DNA of 60,989 nt, counting the filler. It is 6 parts of 6 records of this genome, joined end to end, with 100 filler letters (N's around TTAATTAATTAA, not from the genome) between each part and the next. Parts side by side here need not be neighbours in the genome. Positions count along the whole stretch, not along the records: positions 19,401 to 34,722 come from SRR31156797_18439; 5 more parts are not named here. One strand, given 5' to 3'. Positions 21,249-32,311 of this stretch are shown in pieces (positions within the stretch are counted from its first letter, which is position 1; every line of letters starts with the position of its first letter). Made by a program: the position numbers and the translations under genes. The notes under the pieces were generated by a model. That model was not told the origin of the DNA. It did not search any database and saw only the letters and a program-made list of their open reading frames with translations.

Positions 21249-23060
21249 TTAGTTAACCGATTCCTCTTCAGAAGCCAGCTTCAATATAAGTCTTGCATCA
21301 ATGGAAGATACAGTACCATCGCCATTCACATCCATAGATCCATGCATCTCTATCTTGTCAACAGACATCAATAAAGCATACAGGGCATCATATGCGGAGT
21401 ATTCACCACCATCACCTTCAGCGTCACCCTTTCCTTCATCACTTGAAAGAACGGTAAAGATACCATCAGTAGCAGTCATATCGATGACTGAAAGATCGGA
21501 AGCACTGTTAGCTGCAAGATTATCTATCCTTAAGGGGGAAGTATCTCCTGCAGAACCAATGACATTGAACTTTACATAGCATACAGAACCTTCTCCACTG
21601 AAACCATCCATGTCAATAAGACTTGCCTTGATAGTTTCATCCATGATGTTATACTCAAAAATAGAGTTCTCAGTAAGACCACCTTTGACAAGTTCCACAC
21701 ATTCGAGGACATCCGGATCATAGCTTAATGTAAGGTCCATATTACCAATATCGGCCTCGTTAGCATACATTGTGATAGGGATCTGCACACTGCTTCCTAT
21801 AGGTTTGTTGCGGGATTCGAAGACAAGAACATTTTCGTCTTCAGATATCAGGACTGGTTGCTGTGTCTCATCAAGAGTCTCTGGAAGTTCACCAGAGTAT
21901 GCAACCATTGCAGAATAAAGAGCATTTGGGGATGCTGCCATAGCTTCATCGGCACTGGTGTAGAAATGACCTACGTAAAGTGATGTTGAAGAATAGTCTT
22001 CTGACATTACAATAAATGAAACGACATCACCATCATTATTGATTAGAGTTCCGTCCAGACCCCCAAGCTCTTCTTCAAGGTGGTAGCTAAGTGAAAGTGG
22101 AAAAACCTGTTTGTCGAATGTGCTTACAAGTACAGCATCTTCATCATCAGAAGTAAACATAATAGAACCATCGTAGTTCAGATGTCCCCAACCTGTAAAT
22201 GAACCAAGTTTTGCAACATATTTAGTTCCTGGTTTGACAATATAGGTGTCTTCTGCGACACCATAGATGATAACTGCACCATTACCACTCATGTCAAAAA
22301 GGAATTTAGTGATTCCATCATCTTCTTCATCATCAAATGTCACTTGACGGGATTTTCCATATTCAGAATAGAACACTTCGGTTAATTCGTGTTCATCTCC
22401 ACCTTCCCAATAGCCATTAACATTTACGCCTTCCCTATATCCGTGAGGAATAAAACTGGTTTTTATTCCATCATCAGCGATACGGAAATCAAGGATCTTA
22501 GAGACATTCTTATCATCGACATCGACATCCTCTTTGTCAACTACAGAGGCATCCTGGGTTGCATCAGAGTTTATTTTCCATATATTTCCAATGCTTTCAA
22601 TGGTCATATAAACATAGTCACCTTTGTCATCGGTCTGAAGCATCCAGATGTAGTATTCTTCATCTAGTTCAACCACGGCATCTATACTTCCATCTTCTAT
22701 CTTGTGAACAGCGTTTAAACTGTTAAAATAAGCAATCGAACCGTCGCTATTAGTAACAATATTCATGGCCTGATCATTAGGTGCAGGATATGTTTCAAGT
22801 CCTGAACCATCCGAATTGATATGACCTACGATCATTTCGTCGGTCGCTACATCAATTCCGTTGAAATAGATCATGCTGCCATCATTGGCCATAGCGGTAT
22901 GGAATATCTCAATACCGGACACATCGCTGTCAATTATCTTTTCATAAACTGCAACAGCATACGGATCAAATGTAGAAGATCCTGCAGAAGCAATGAACGG
23001 GCATAAAGCCAGAATAAGAATTAAAGTTAGTATTTTTTTTGTATCAACATTAAAAACCAT
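21249..23060 (-). CDS. Secreted acidic protein: beta-propeller-like N-domain, cohesin, C-terminal dockerin
   Basis: Signal peptide; repeated (N/S)DG(S)-x-I-x-F blade-like motifs; cohesin GSSVQIPI...GNMDLTLSYDPDVL...GFSGEGSVCYVKFNV; dockerin GDAEGDGGEYSAYDAL...DVNGDGTVSSIDARLIL. Confidence 0.8.
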   Translation of the reverse strand: MVFNVDTKKILTLILILALCPFIASAGSSTFDPYAVAVYEKIIDSDVSGIEIFHTAMANDGSMIYFNGIDVATDEMIVGHINSDGSGLETYPAPNDQAMNIVTNSDGSIAYFNSLNAVHKIEDGSIDAVVELDEEYYIWMLQTDDKGDYVYMTIESIGNIWKINSDATQDASVVDKEDVDVDDKNVSKILDFRIADDGIKTSFIPHGYREGVNVNGYWEGGDEHELTEVFYSEYGKSRQVTFDDEEDDGITKFLFDMSGNGAVIIYGVAEDTYIVKPGTKYVAKLGSFTGWGHLNYDGSIMFTSDDEDAVLVSTFDKQVFPLSLSYHLEEELGGLDGTLINNDGDVVSFIVMSEDYSSTSLYVGHFYTSADEAMAASPNALYSAMVAYSGELPETLDETQQPVLISEDENVLVFESRNKPIGSSVQIPITMYANEADIGNMDLTLSYDPDVLECVELVKGGLTENSIFEYNIMDETIKASLIDMDGFSGEGSVCYVKFNVIGSAGDTSPLRIDNLAANSASDLSVIDMTATDGIFTVLSSDEGKGDAEGDGGEYSAYDALYALLMSVDKIEMHGSMDVNGDGTVSSIDARLILKLASEEESVN

Positions 23061-23209
23061 AAGAACACCCAAATTAAATATAATATACGCATTATATAAC
23101 AGTATCTATAATATGGCTGATGATACAAGTCCCAATCAAATCAGGTCATAATTAACTTTCTTAATTTGATGATTCTTTTGCTTATTTTGTATTCCAGCAT
23201 AGTACTATT

Positions 23210-23821
23210 CTATTGAGTTTTCCAGTATGTTTTCATTCCATTGCTGGTAATCTGGGAATTTTTTGGTACTTGAATACCAATAATAATCAAATTAAAAATA
23301 TCAACAGATGCAGCCACTGAATTCAAAAGGATCAGAACTACGAGATAAGGAGTCAACGAATTTAGCAAACACAGCAATGCAGGAGTTATAACTGATATAA
23401 CCAGAAAAGGTGCTAATGAAATACAACTATATCTTAATATAGGGATGTTCTCTTCAGAATAAACAAACCCGCCAACAGGAGTTATTCCAAAATAAGTGCT
23501 TTTTGATGTCATGAATTTGGGTATGAAGATAAAATGTAAGGCTTCGTGCAGAATTAGCAAGGCTATAATGCCTCCTATATGTTTCAAATTAAAAGATATA
23601 GAAAATCTCTCCATGCTAAAGTCTAAAAACACCAGGGACTGAGGTTCAAGAATTATCAGTATTCCCAGAGTTATGGCCACATTCAGTATCATCAATGGAA
23701 AAGACAGGGCAATTGCAGAGTAGATGTTTCCTGGTTCTTTCAGCACTGTCCAGTTATTTCTTATTAATTCACTATGCCTTTGCTGATCGATATCCGGCAT
23801 TTTTGTTTTGATAAAATTCAT
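23210..23821 (-). CDS. Membrane putative zincin metalloprotease (DUF3267-like)
   Basis: LHEALH HExxH motif, SLAPFLVIS, N..AASVD, several TM segments. Confidence 0.75.
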   Translation of the reverse strand: MNFIKTKMPDIDQQRHSELIRNNWTVLKEPGNIYSAIALSFPLMILNVAITLGILIILEPQSLVFLDFSMERFSISFNLKHIGGIIALLILHEALHFIFIPKFMTSKSTYFGITPVGGFVYSEENIPILRYSCISLAPFLVISVITPALLCLLNSLTPYLVVLILLNSVAASVDIFNLIIIGIQVPKNSQITSNGMKTYWKTQ

Positions 23822-24040
23822 GCATCCTCATTAAGTATACTTTAAACAAGTGCAATTTAGTAGATTGTGAAGAGGAGTTGAGTATGGTATTTAAAGTAAT
23901 TGTGAGGAGAAATAATTTAAATATACCAGTCATGAATTTGAAAGCTTCCTAAAAACCGAACCTTATTTAAGTATCCAGACCTATACCACGCTACCAATCA
24001 GGATTACTTCTAATTACATTTTACAATCACGAGGGTTCAA

Positions 24041-25522
24041 ATGAGCGATATTTTACGTAGAGGACGCTTATCTTCAACACCTGATGAAGATATGATAAAT
24101 TTCACATCATCAATGTCTGCTGATAAATGGATATTTGAGGCTGATATCCTTGTGGACATGGCTCATACGGTCATGCTACATGAGCAGGGTATCATCAAAG
24201 AGCAGGATTGCAGCGGCATCCTTACAGGACTTTTGAAAATAAAGGAAGAGGGTATCGAAAAGCTTGATCACAGTTACGAGGATATCCACATCTCGCTTGA
24301 GTCCAGGCTCATAGATATAGTAGGCGAAGATACAGGTGGCAGGATGCACTCCGGCCGTTCCCGCAACGATGAGGTTGCAACCTGTATCAGAATCAGGCTC
24401 AGGGATGAGCTTCTTTCCCTTATGGAAGAGCTTCTGGGCCTTCGCAAAGCGCTTATTGAAAGAGCATCAGAGAACACAGAGACACTGATGCCGGGTTTCA
24501 CACACCTCCAGCACGCTCAGCCAACAACATTCGCACACCACCTTGTTGCACATTCCGATGCCATCGGAAGGGACATCGAGCGTGTTATCAGTGCGTTCTC
24601 AAGGGTGAACAAATGCCCGCTTGGTTCTGCAGCTTTTGCTTCAACAGGTTTTGATCTCAACCGTGAGAGAACACGCACACTTCTTGGTTTTGATGACATG
24701 CTCGGTAACTCAATGGATGCTGTAAGCACCCGTGACTTCCTGATAGAATCGGTATCTGCTATGTCAAATATCATGGTTAACCTGAGCAAGATGGCCGAGG
24801 AGATCATCATCTGGTCAAGTTCAGAATTCTCATTTGTCGAGCTTGATGATATGTATGCTTCCACATCATCCATCATGCCACAGAAAAAGAATCCGGACTC
24901 TGCCGAACTTGTCAGAGGCAAGGCAGGAACGGTTATCGGTTCGCTCATGGCATTGCTTTCCCTCTGCAAGGCACTTCCACTTAGCTACAACCGTGATCTT
25001 CAGGAAGCAACACCTAACATGTGGCGTGCAGTAGAAACAACAAGAGGTGCTGTCCGCATTACAAAAGGCATGATAGCCACCATGAAGATCAACACCGAGA
25101 GCATGGCTGAGAAGTCGGTCCTTGGTTTCACAACGGCAACTGAGATTGCAGACACCATGGTAAGAGCTGGAGGGATCCCTTTCAGGACAGCCCACCAGAT
25201 AGTTGGTGTCCTGGCACGTGGTGATGGAAATCCGACACTCGAGGAAATAGATGCGGTTGCAGAGGAAGTTATTGGCGAGAGTCTGAGCAGCAGAGGACTT
25301 ACATCAGAGATGGTGAAAGAAGCTCTTGACCCGGTACTGAACGTCAATAGAAGGGCTATCACAGGTGGTCCTGCACCAATTGAGATGGAAAGGGCTATCA
25401 AGGCACGTATGGAAGAGCTTGAAAGTACAAAGACGGATATTGCCGGGTTGAACAAGGGCATCGAGGATTCATTAAAAGTGCTGTTCAGTGTTGTCGAAGG
25501 CTATACCGGAAAAAATGTTTGA
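24041..25522 (+). CDS. argH: Argininosuccinate lyase
   Basis: HSGRSRNDEV, MPGFTHLQHAQP, SSIMPQKKNPD. Confidence 0.97.
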   Translation: MSDILRRGRLSSTPDEDMINFTSSMSADKWIFEADILVDMAHTVMLHEQGIIKEQDCSGILTGLLKIKEEGIEKLDHSYEDIHISLESRLIDIVGEDTGGRMHSGRSRNDEVATCIRIRLRDELLSLMEELLGLRKALIERASENTETLMPGFTHLQHAQPTTFAHHLVAHSDAIGRDIERVISAFSRVNKCPLGSAAFASTGFDLNRERTRTLLGFDDMLGNSMDAVSTRDFLIESVSAMSNIMVNLSKMAEEIIIWSSSEFSFVELDDMYASTSSIMPQKKNPDSAELVRGKAGTVIGSLMALLSLCKALPLSYNRDLQEATPNMWRAVETTRGAVRITKGMIATMKINTESMAEKSVLGFTTATEIADTMVRAGGIPFRTAHQIVGVLARGDGNPTLEEIDAVAEEVIGESLSSRGLTSEMVKEALDPVLNVNRRAITGGPAPIEMERAIKARMEELESTKTDIAGLNKGIEDSLKVLFSVVEGYTGKNV

Positions 25523-25589
25523 ACGCTTAACTATTATCACATAATAATACTACAATTCTTACAGACTTCAATATTATAATCAACAAGGG

Positions 25590-26849
25590 ATGATCATGGA
25601 CTTCGAAGAAGGTGACAGGGTAAAGGTCGAGAAGGCAGGTGTGGAATACGAGGGTATTGCCATGCCGAGCACGACCGGTCATATTATCGTAAAGATGGTC
25701 AGTGGATACAATGCAGGTATAGAACCTGAGGGTGCCACTGTCACAGTACTACAGAAGAAGCAGGATATGGAAGCTTCCTCAAAGATGGCAGCTAAGGCTG
25801 AAGTAAAGGCAAAGAAAGGTCTGCCGAAGGTATCCATCCTTTCAACAGGCGGAACAATTGCCAGTAAGATCGATTACAGAACAGGTGCTGTGACCTCACA
25901 GTTCTCTGCTGATGATATCCTCCAAGCGATCCCTGAGCTCACAGAAATAGCTAATTTCAGCGGAAAGGCCATCTACAACATCCTTTCCGAGAACATGAAG
26001 GCGGACTACTGGCAGGAGCTTTCAAGGGCTGTTGTTGAAGAGATCAAAGCCGGTGCCGATGGTATCATAGTTGCTCATGGTACTGATACCATGATGTACT
26101 CTGCTGCTGCATTGTCCTTTATGATCGATACTCCTGTGCCTATAGTCTTTGTTGGTTCACAGAGGAGTGCTGACAGGCCAAGCAGTGACAATGCCATGAA
26201 CGCTATATGTGCTGCAAAGGTAGCTGTAAGTGACATTGCCGAGGTAACGGTTGTCATGCACAGTGAGTCATCCGATGACAGGTGTTCCATCCACCGTGCA
26301 ACCAAGGTTCGCAAGATGCACACATCCAGAAGGGATGCTTTCAGATCCATCAATTCAGAGCCGATTGGTTATGTGGACTATTCCACAGGGAAAATAAGCA
26401 CGTCACTATCTTACAACAAGAAAGGCGAGAATGAACTTGCACTCATGGATTTACTGGAACCAAAATGCGCTCTTGTAAAGTTCACTCCGGGTTCAAGTCC
26501 TGATATTCTCGGCTATTTCATTGATGCAGGTTACAAAGGTATCGTCATCGAAGGAACAGGTCTCGGCCATGTATCCACCGACTGGATACCACAGGTAGAG
26601 AGAGCAACATCCCAGAAGATCCCTGTGATCGTCACTTCCCAGTGTCTCAACGGCAGGATTTGTGACAGAGTATACGATACAGGCAGGGACATCTTAAAAG
26701 CAGGTGCTATTGAAGGTGAGGATATGCTTCCTGAGGTTGCACTTGTGAAGATGATGTGGGTGCTCGGGCAGTTACAGGACTATGATGATGCAGTTGATAT
26801 ACTTAAAAGTGATATCAGATGCGAGATCAATGAAAGGAGCCTTGAATAG
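25590..26849 (+). CDS. gatD: Glu-tRNA(Gln) amidotransferase subunit D
   Basis: N-terminal K..SGYNAG domain, [35 protein letters not shown]; archaeal family. Confidence 0.95.
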   Translation: MIMDFEEGDRVKVEKAGVEYEGIAMPSTTGHIIVKMVSGYNAGIEPEGATVTVLQKKQDMEASSKMAAKAEVKAKKGLPKVSILSTGGTIASKIDYRTGAVTSQFSADDILQAIPELTEIANFSGKAIYNILSENMKADYWQELSRAVVEEIKAGADGIIVAHGTDTMMYSAAALSFMIDTPVPIVFVGSQRSADRPSSDNAMNAICAAKVAVSDIAEVTVVMHSESSDDRCSIHRATKVRKMHTSRRDAFRSINSEPIGYVDYSTGKISTSLSYNKKGENELALMDLLEPKCALVKFTPGSSPDILGYFIDAGYKGIVIEGTGLGHVSTDWIPQVERATSQKIPVIVTSQCLNGRICDRVYDTGRDILKAGAIEGEDMLPEVALVKMMWVLGQLQDYDDAVDILKSDIRCEINERSLE

Positions 26850-26929
26850 AGGTTCCACTACATATTATCTATGTTTCATTTTAGTATAGCAAAATATACT
26901 GCACTTAGGATAACCAATCAATTGTTGAC

Positions 26930-27415
26930 TTAGTCAATTGCAAAGTAAAATAGGATGACATGTACTACAAATAACAGAAATGCGGCAAATAAATAAGTTT
27001 GTTTCCTGTGTACTACTAAAAGCCCTATTAGTGCATGAATTATTGAAAGTGGCCAAATTCCCAAAATAAGATTTAATATATGATGCCAAGTTAAGTGATT
27101 GAGAACTTGTTGGAATCCGAAATCAAGAATAAAGGTTAGAATATCTGTTTGAAGAAAGATAAGTGGATACAAAAGAAACCCAAATGTGGCAGAAGTGGTT
27201 CTGTGTTCAGTACAATAACCATAAATGAATAATGGGATTAATGGTCCAATTATCATAAAGTAATATAAATATGGGTCTTTTTCAAAAAGTGTCCATATTA
27301 GTGCAAATATGAATGGAATTCCAAGAATAAAGATGATTGAATTGTTTGGGTTTGCGATAATTTCTCTTATTTTGTCTTGGCACTCGGCTGTTTTACACAA
27401 TTTATTTATTTTCAT
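26930..27415 (-). CDS. Small multi-pass membrane protein
   Basis: About five hydrophobic segments; AT-rich; lies directly downstream of the secreted-protein gene. Start uncertain. Confidence 0.65.
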   Translation of the reverse strand: MKINKLCKTAECQDKIREIIANPNNSIIFILGIPFIFALIWTLFEKDPYLYYFMIIGPLIPLFIYGYCTEHRTTSATFGFLLYPLIFLQTDILTFILDFGFQQVLNHLTWHHILNLILGIWPLSIIHALIGLLVVHRKQTYLFAAFLLFVVHVILFYFAID

Positions 27416-27476
27416 GATATGAAGTCTCTTTGATACCAATAAAAAAACAGGAAGAAATTCTTCCTGCGAAAGCACA

Positions 27477-28448
27477 TCAGCTTTGTGAACCTACCCTCCA
27501 AATGCAAGTAGCTTCACCATTGGAGAATGGACTAGTTACTTCATTATCTAGTTCTTCTTGATCATAAAGTACCCACCAGTTGGACATATCATTATCAAAG
27601 AATCCTGCAATCAGGTCTTCAGCATTTTCAAGTCCAATGACTTCATGTTCAGGCAAAGGCCATGAATCCTCATGCGCATCTCCTACTATATCACCATTTG
27701 ACAGCACAAATAACCTCACATGGAAACCACCAGTTAGACGAGCAGTACTTGTTGCAACACCGTCCCCTTCTATCCATCCATTGTTAGGGTCCGAAACATA
27801 CTCGGCCCATTCAATAACAGTATCAGTCCATCCTTGATTTATTATACGAGTCGCAACTGTGCTTCGATATGTATTTTCCCAAGCTATGTTGATTGGGTCT
27901 GCCTTTTCATATAAAACAGTTCCACCATTATCTATTTGATACCAGCTATACTGTGGATATTCATAACCAATATTCCACCATTCAAATGGTGAAGATTGTT
28001 CTGTCAGCACAATCATAACTGTATTGGTAGTTGTTACTTCATCTCCTTCATTGAGAAGAACGGATTGACCATTGGAATTGATTGACCTAAATTCTTTGCT
28101 TGGATTCTTAATTTTTATCTCCTTCGTAATTTTGTCTATTTTGAATTTTTCTTCAAATTCCCTACCAGAGTATGTTTCCTCAACGATAAGTTCTCCACTT
28201 TTGTATCTATAAGTTTTAGTTGATGTCACGCTTAGTGTATGTTCTTGCATCCATTCTTTAGTTTTCTTTTCCATTAAAAGCCGTTCTTCATCTGTTTTTT
28301 GATTATCTTTTATCCATTCCTTCAGTTCTGCAGGCATTTTGTCATCAATTTCCGTAGTTTTAGCATTAACCGTTGATACAAATGCTAAGCTGCATATTAG
28401 CACTGCCATAAGAAGCGCGCTAATTTTAATCTTGGTTTTTGTAATCAT
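27477..28448 (-). CDS. Secreted protein with a C-terminal DPIN...HVRLF...AHED domain (resembles LssY C-terminal domain)
   Basis: Signal peptide MITKTKIKISALLMAVLICSLAFVSTVNA; AAGGAG RBS; motifs read from the translation. Confidence 0.65.
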   Translation of the reverse strand: MITKTKIKISALLMAVLICSLAFVSTVNAKTTEIDDKMPAELKEWIKDNQKTDEERLLMEKKTKEWMQEHTLSVTSTKTYRYKSGELIVEETYSGREFEEKFKIDKITKEIKIKNPSKEFRSINSNGQSVLLNEGDEVTTTNTVMIVLTEQSSPFEWWNIGYEYPQYSWYQIDNGGTVLYEKADPINIAWENTYRSTVATRIINQGWTDTVIEWAEYVSDPNNGWIEGDGVATSTARLTGGFHVRLFVLSNGDIVGDAHEDSWPLPEHEVIGLENAEDLIAGFFDNDMSNWWVLYDQEELDNEVTSPFSNGEATCIWRVGSQS

Positions 28449-28466
28449 ACTTTTCTCCTTGTTATT

Positions 28467-28572
28467 CCAAAGACAAGATTACGCAAACCTTAAGCGTTAT
28501 CAAAACTAACAATAATCTTGCCTTTGGGCATTTCGGGGTTCAAGCCTACTCTGTAAAAATAAATTGAACCCC
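28467..28572 (-). promoter_or_regulatory. Two-hairpin structured 5' leader candidate
   Basis: 9-bp stem GGGGTTCAA/TTGAACCCC and 15-bp stem CCAAAGGCAAGATTA/TAATCTTGTCTTTGG ending about 6 nt before the RBS. Confidence 0.6.
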
Positions 28573-28931
28573 ACTCTACATTATTTCAATGTGACATTGT
28601 ATAATTCTTTTACTAGCTATATATGCATTATGGCCATAAGTTAAACTGAATATATATTAAATCTAAAAAGCTAGTGATGGTGTGATTTTACTATTTCAAG
28701 AAATAATTCCACTCGTGTTTTGGTTTAATATAAGACAAAGATATGAATTTTATACATAGAAAAAGGTTCAACAAAATTCAAGCAAACTCTTGGATATATT
28801 TAATAATTAATTTACTTTCCATTTTTAATGGTAAAGCATTTTATGAATCATCTTTTTGGCAAGCTTTATAACGAATAAATTAGGTATTAGCGAATCAGTC
28901 TATTATATTAATACAATGATCAGGTGAATAT

Positions 28932-30263
28932 ATGTCATTAGCAGATCTCAGAACACATTATGCGTCACAGATCGACCCGGAAGAAGTGGGTGACCAGAAG
29001 GTCAGCATTGCCGGATGGGTACACGAGGTACGTGACCTTGGTGGAATTTGTTTTGTTGTTATCAGGGACCGTACAGGAAGATCCCAGATCACACTCGTAA
29101 AGAAGAAGACCGACCCGGAACTTCTGGACCAGGCAAGGAAACTTGTCAGGGAATCCGTAGTTTCCGTAACTGGTAGTGTCAAACCGGAAGGCAAGGCTCC
29201 AAACGGATATGAGCTTATCCCTGATGAGATCACACTTCTCAACGAAGCAGAGTCACCACTTCCAATGGACACCACCGGAAAGGTCGAAGCAGAACTTGAC
29301 ACACGTCTTGATTCAAGGTTCATTGACCTCAGGCGTGAAGGAACAACAGCTGTCTTTAGAATAAGACACGAGGTTCTCAGTGCTGTCAGGAACTTCCTTA
29401 CCGACAACGGTTTCATCGAGACCTCAAGTCCAAAGGTCGTGGCAACAGCAACAGAAGGTGGAACATCACTCTTCCCGATCACATACTTCGACAGAGAGGC
29501 ATTCCTCAACCAGAGTCCTCAGCTCTTCAAGCAGATCCTCATGTCAGGTGGACTTGACAGGGTATTTGAAATAGGTCCCATATTCAGGGCAGAGGAACAC
29601 GACACACGTCGCCACCTCAACGAAGCAACATCCATTGATATCGAGGCAAGTTTCTGTGATCACTTCGATGTAATGGAAGTGCTCGAGAACATGGTAGCCT
29701 ATGTCTATAAGCAGGTCATCGAGAACGCATCCGATTCACTTGCAGCACTTGACGTAGAGCTTCAGGTTCCAAAAGTACCATTCAAGAGAGTCACCTATGA
29801 TGAGGCTATAGAGATCGTCAACGCTAACACCGATGAGATGCTCAACTGGGGAGACGACCTTGGTACAGCTGCTGAACACACGATTGGTGAATATGTGTTC
29901 AAAGAGACCGGTGAATCACACTACTTCATCATTGACTGGCCAACCGAGATAAAACCGTTCTATGCAATGCCTTATGAGGATAACCCGGTCCTGTCAAAGG
30001 GATTCGATATGATGCACAGGACAATGGAACTTTCATCCGGTGCACAGCGTATACACGTTCCTGAGATTCTCATCGAGAGGATCGAGTCACAGGGTCTTGA
30101 TCCGGAAGGATTCGAATTCTATCTCAAGGCTTTCAGATACGGTATGCCACCACACGCAGGATGGGGTATCGGTTGCGAAAGGCTTGTCATGACTATGCTT
30201 GGCGTCGACAACATCCGTGATGTCGTACTCTTCCCAAGGGACAGGCGCAGACTTTCCCCATAA
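28932..30263 (+). CDS. aspS: Aspartyl-tRNA synthetase, archaeal, probably non-discriminating (Asp/Asn)
   Basis: [41 protein letters not shown]. His in WVHE and Pro in KAPNG are the non-discriminating signature residues. Confidence 0.95.
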   Translation: MSLADLRTHYASQIDPEEVGDQKVSIAGWVHEVRDLGGICFVVIRDRTGRSQITLVKKKTDPELLDQARKLVRESVVSVTGSVKPEGKAPNGYELIPDEITLLNEAESPLPMDTTGKVEAELDTRLDSRFIDLRREGTTAVFRIRHEVLSAVRNFLTDNGFIETSSPKVVATATEGGTSLFPITYFDREAFLNQSPQLFKQILMSGGLDRVFEIGPIFRAEEHDTRRHLNEATSIDIEASFCDHFDVMEVLENMVAYVYKQVIENASDSLAALDVELQVPKVPFKRVTYDEAIEIVNANTDEMLNWGDDLGTAAEHTIGEYVFKETGESHYFIIDWPTEIKPFYAMPYEDNPVLSKGFDMMHRTMELSSGAQRIHVPEILIERIESQGLDPEGFEFYLKAFRYGMPPHAGWGIGCERLVMTMLGVDNIRDVVLFPRDRRRLSP

Positions 30264-30285
30264 TCAGATTTGGCGGATGATTCTT

Positions 30286-30978
30286 ATGAAAGAAAGGAAC
30301 CCAACAGGAGAAAGTCCTGAGAAGAAAGCTGCAGGTCTTGCTGCAGCAGACCTTGTGCAGGATGGTATGGTTGTCGGTCTTGGTACCGGCTCCACCACAG
30401 CCTACACCATAGCCGAACTTGGCAGGCGTGTAGATGAAGGTCTTGACATAATCGCAGTTGTAACATCATACCAGTCAGAGATGCTTGCCATCCAGGCAGG
30501 TATCACCCTTACATCACTTGCAGAGCACCCAAACCTTGACATTGCCATTGATGGTGCTGACCAGATCGATTCCGGTCTGAATGTCATCAAGGGCGGCGGA
30601 GCAGCACACACCCGTGAAAAGGTTGTCTCACGCTCAGCAGAGCGTTTTGTCGTTGTCGCTGATGAGTCAAAGTACAGTGAACAGCTCAATCATTACGTGC
30701 CACTGGAAGTACTTCCATATGCAAAGGAGTATGTCTCACAGCAGGTAAAAAGAATAGGGGGCACACCGGAACTTCGTCTTGCATCCAGAAAGGACGGTCC
30801 GGTAATATCCGATAATGGTAATTTCATTATCGATGCAAGCCTTGGCGTGATCGAGAACCCTGTGGTAATAGCAGCTGTTATCTCACAGATTGCAGGGGTT
30901 GTGGAACATGGTATCTTCACCAATGCAGACGAAGTTTACATCGGTAAGAAGGACGGTTCCGTAGAAATACTAGCTTAA
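30286..30978 (+). CDS. rpiA: Ribose-5-phosphate isomerase A
   Basis: [36 protein letters not shown]. Confidence 0.96.
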   Translation: MKERNPTGESPEKKAAGLAAADLVQDGMVVGLGTGSTTAYTIAELGRRVDEGLDIIAVVTSYQSEMLAIQAGITLTSLAEHPNLDIAIDGADQIDSGLNVIKGGGAAHTREKVVSRSAERFVVVADESKYSEQLNHYVPLEVLPYAKEYVSQQVKRIGGTPELRLASRKDGPVISDNGNFIIDASLGVIENPVVIAAVISQIAGVVEHGIFTNADEVYIGKKDGSVEILA

Positions 30979-31026
30979 TGGCTTTGTTTCTTCTCACTAG
31001 CTAATTTAATTTCCTGATCAATTCGA

Positions 31027-32238
31027 TCAGGAACCATTTTTATCGTCAAGCGGACAGGCACACATCTCAAACAGTGCTTCTTCTCCTGTACGTGATCCTC
31101 TTGCTATGAGGATGTCACCTGATTTGACAACAGTTCTCTTATTTGGCCTGTAGACCCATCTCTCATCTCTTTTGATAGCCATTACATGGACACCTGTCTC
31201 AGTTTCCAGTTTCAACTGGCCAAATGTCTTCTCGATTATGGGTGAACAGTCCTGAACAATAAGTTTGGTGATGACCTCATCGGATTCCCTTACCGCTATT
31301 GTGATGATAGGATGAAGGTCTATATCCCTGAGAACCGTGTCTGCAATGGTATATGCAGCGTCCGAGATAGCTTCTGCGGAGTTTGCAAGCTGGAGAAGAC
31401 CACGAAGGATATTCACATCCGGTACATGCTTTGCGGTCTCAAGTACCCAGTGCTGGAGTTCGTGTTTCATGGAGTCCATCTCAACCTCAAGTGCCTTGAC
31501 CTCGTATGCAATGTCCTCGTTGTCAAAGAGAAGGGCGGAATATGCCAGTCCTACTGAGAGTTCTCCCATGTTCTTCATTTCGACTATAATGTCAACAGCT
31601 CTTTCCAGGTCGATGAGGAATCTCTCATGCTGCATTTCCCTTGGAATGTATTTTCTTCCGGTGACGAGTTCCATAAAAAGGGTTACACCTTCATCGTGAC
31701 CACGTGCAAAGAGTACGTCATCAGGTCGTAAACGTGTATCGTGGTTAGGGTCATATATCCACTCTTCATTCCTGCGGATGGCAATGATCCACATGCCTGC
31801 CTCGGTGTCGAATTCAATGTCCCCGAGGTTTCTGCCTGCAATGCTTGATTCGTCTCCGATGGTTGCTCTTGTGATGGTCTCATCAGCCTCGCGCATTGCA
31901 AGTTTTAATTCCATTGGGATACCCATGTCCATCAGCACTATCTTGGCAATATCGCCTGCTGCATTGGCAATGTTCTCTGATGCACGGGCTACCTGAAGCA
32001 CACCGGACATCTCCTCTGCTTCCTCCACACGTCTTGTGCTGAGCATTGCAGCTATCTTCATGTGATAGTCAAGTGTATCCATCTTCTCTTCAAGCCGGAC
32101 AACCTCTTCGGCTATATCCTCGTCATCGTACACCATTGCTGAATATGCAAGGTCTACCATGAGTTCGGATGTATCCTTCATCTCGATCAAAAGATCCTTG
32201 AGATTTCGTGGGACATATCTTATTTCCTTGGGACTCAT
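31027..32238 (-). CDS. Tandem (PhoU + TrkA-C/RCK-C) x2 regulatory protein
   Basis: Two repeats of EMK..SEL.V.LAYSA followed by ...ETG..IIAIRR...W; precedes no channel gene but follows the MgtE-like genes. Confidence 0.85.
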   Translation of the reverse strand: MSPKEIRYVPRNLKDLLIEMKDTSELMVDLAYSAMVYDDEDIAEEVVRLEEKMDTLDYHMKIAAMLSTRRVEEAEEMSGVLQVARASENIANAAGDIAKIVLMDMGIPMELKLAMREADETITRATIGDESSIAGRNLGDIEFDTEAGMWIIAIRRNEEWIYDPNHDTRLRPDDVLFARGHDEGVTLFMELVTGRKYIPREMQHERFLIDLERAVDIIVEMKNMGELSVGLAYSALLFDNEDIAYEVKALEVEMDSMKHELQHWVLETAKHVPDVNILRGLLQLANSAEAISDAAYTIADTVLRDIDLHPIITIAVRESDEVITKLIVQDCSPIIEKTFGQLKLETETGVHVMAIKRDERWVYRPNKRTVVKSGDILIARGSRTGEEALFEMCACPLDDKNGS

Positions 32239-32311
32239 AGATTTCTACCGTTCAATGTATTCTTATTCTTTATTTGGTTTTTAAATATATATATTAGATA
32301 TACTAGATATA

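Noticed and set aside
20012-23060. A true archaeal cellulosome
   Set aside because: There is no recognisable glycoside hydrolase or CBM and no multi-cohesin scaffoldin.
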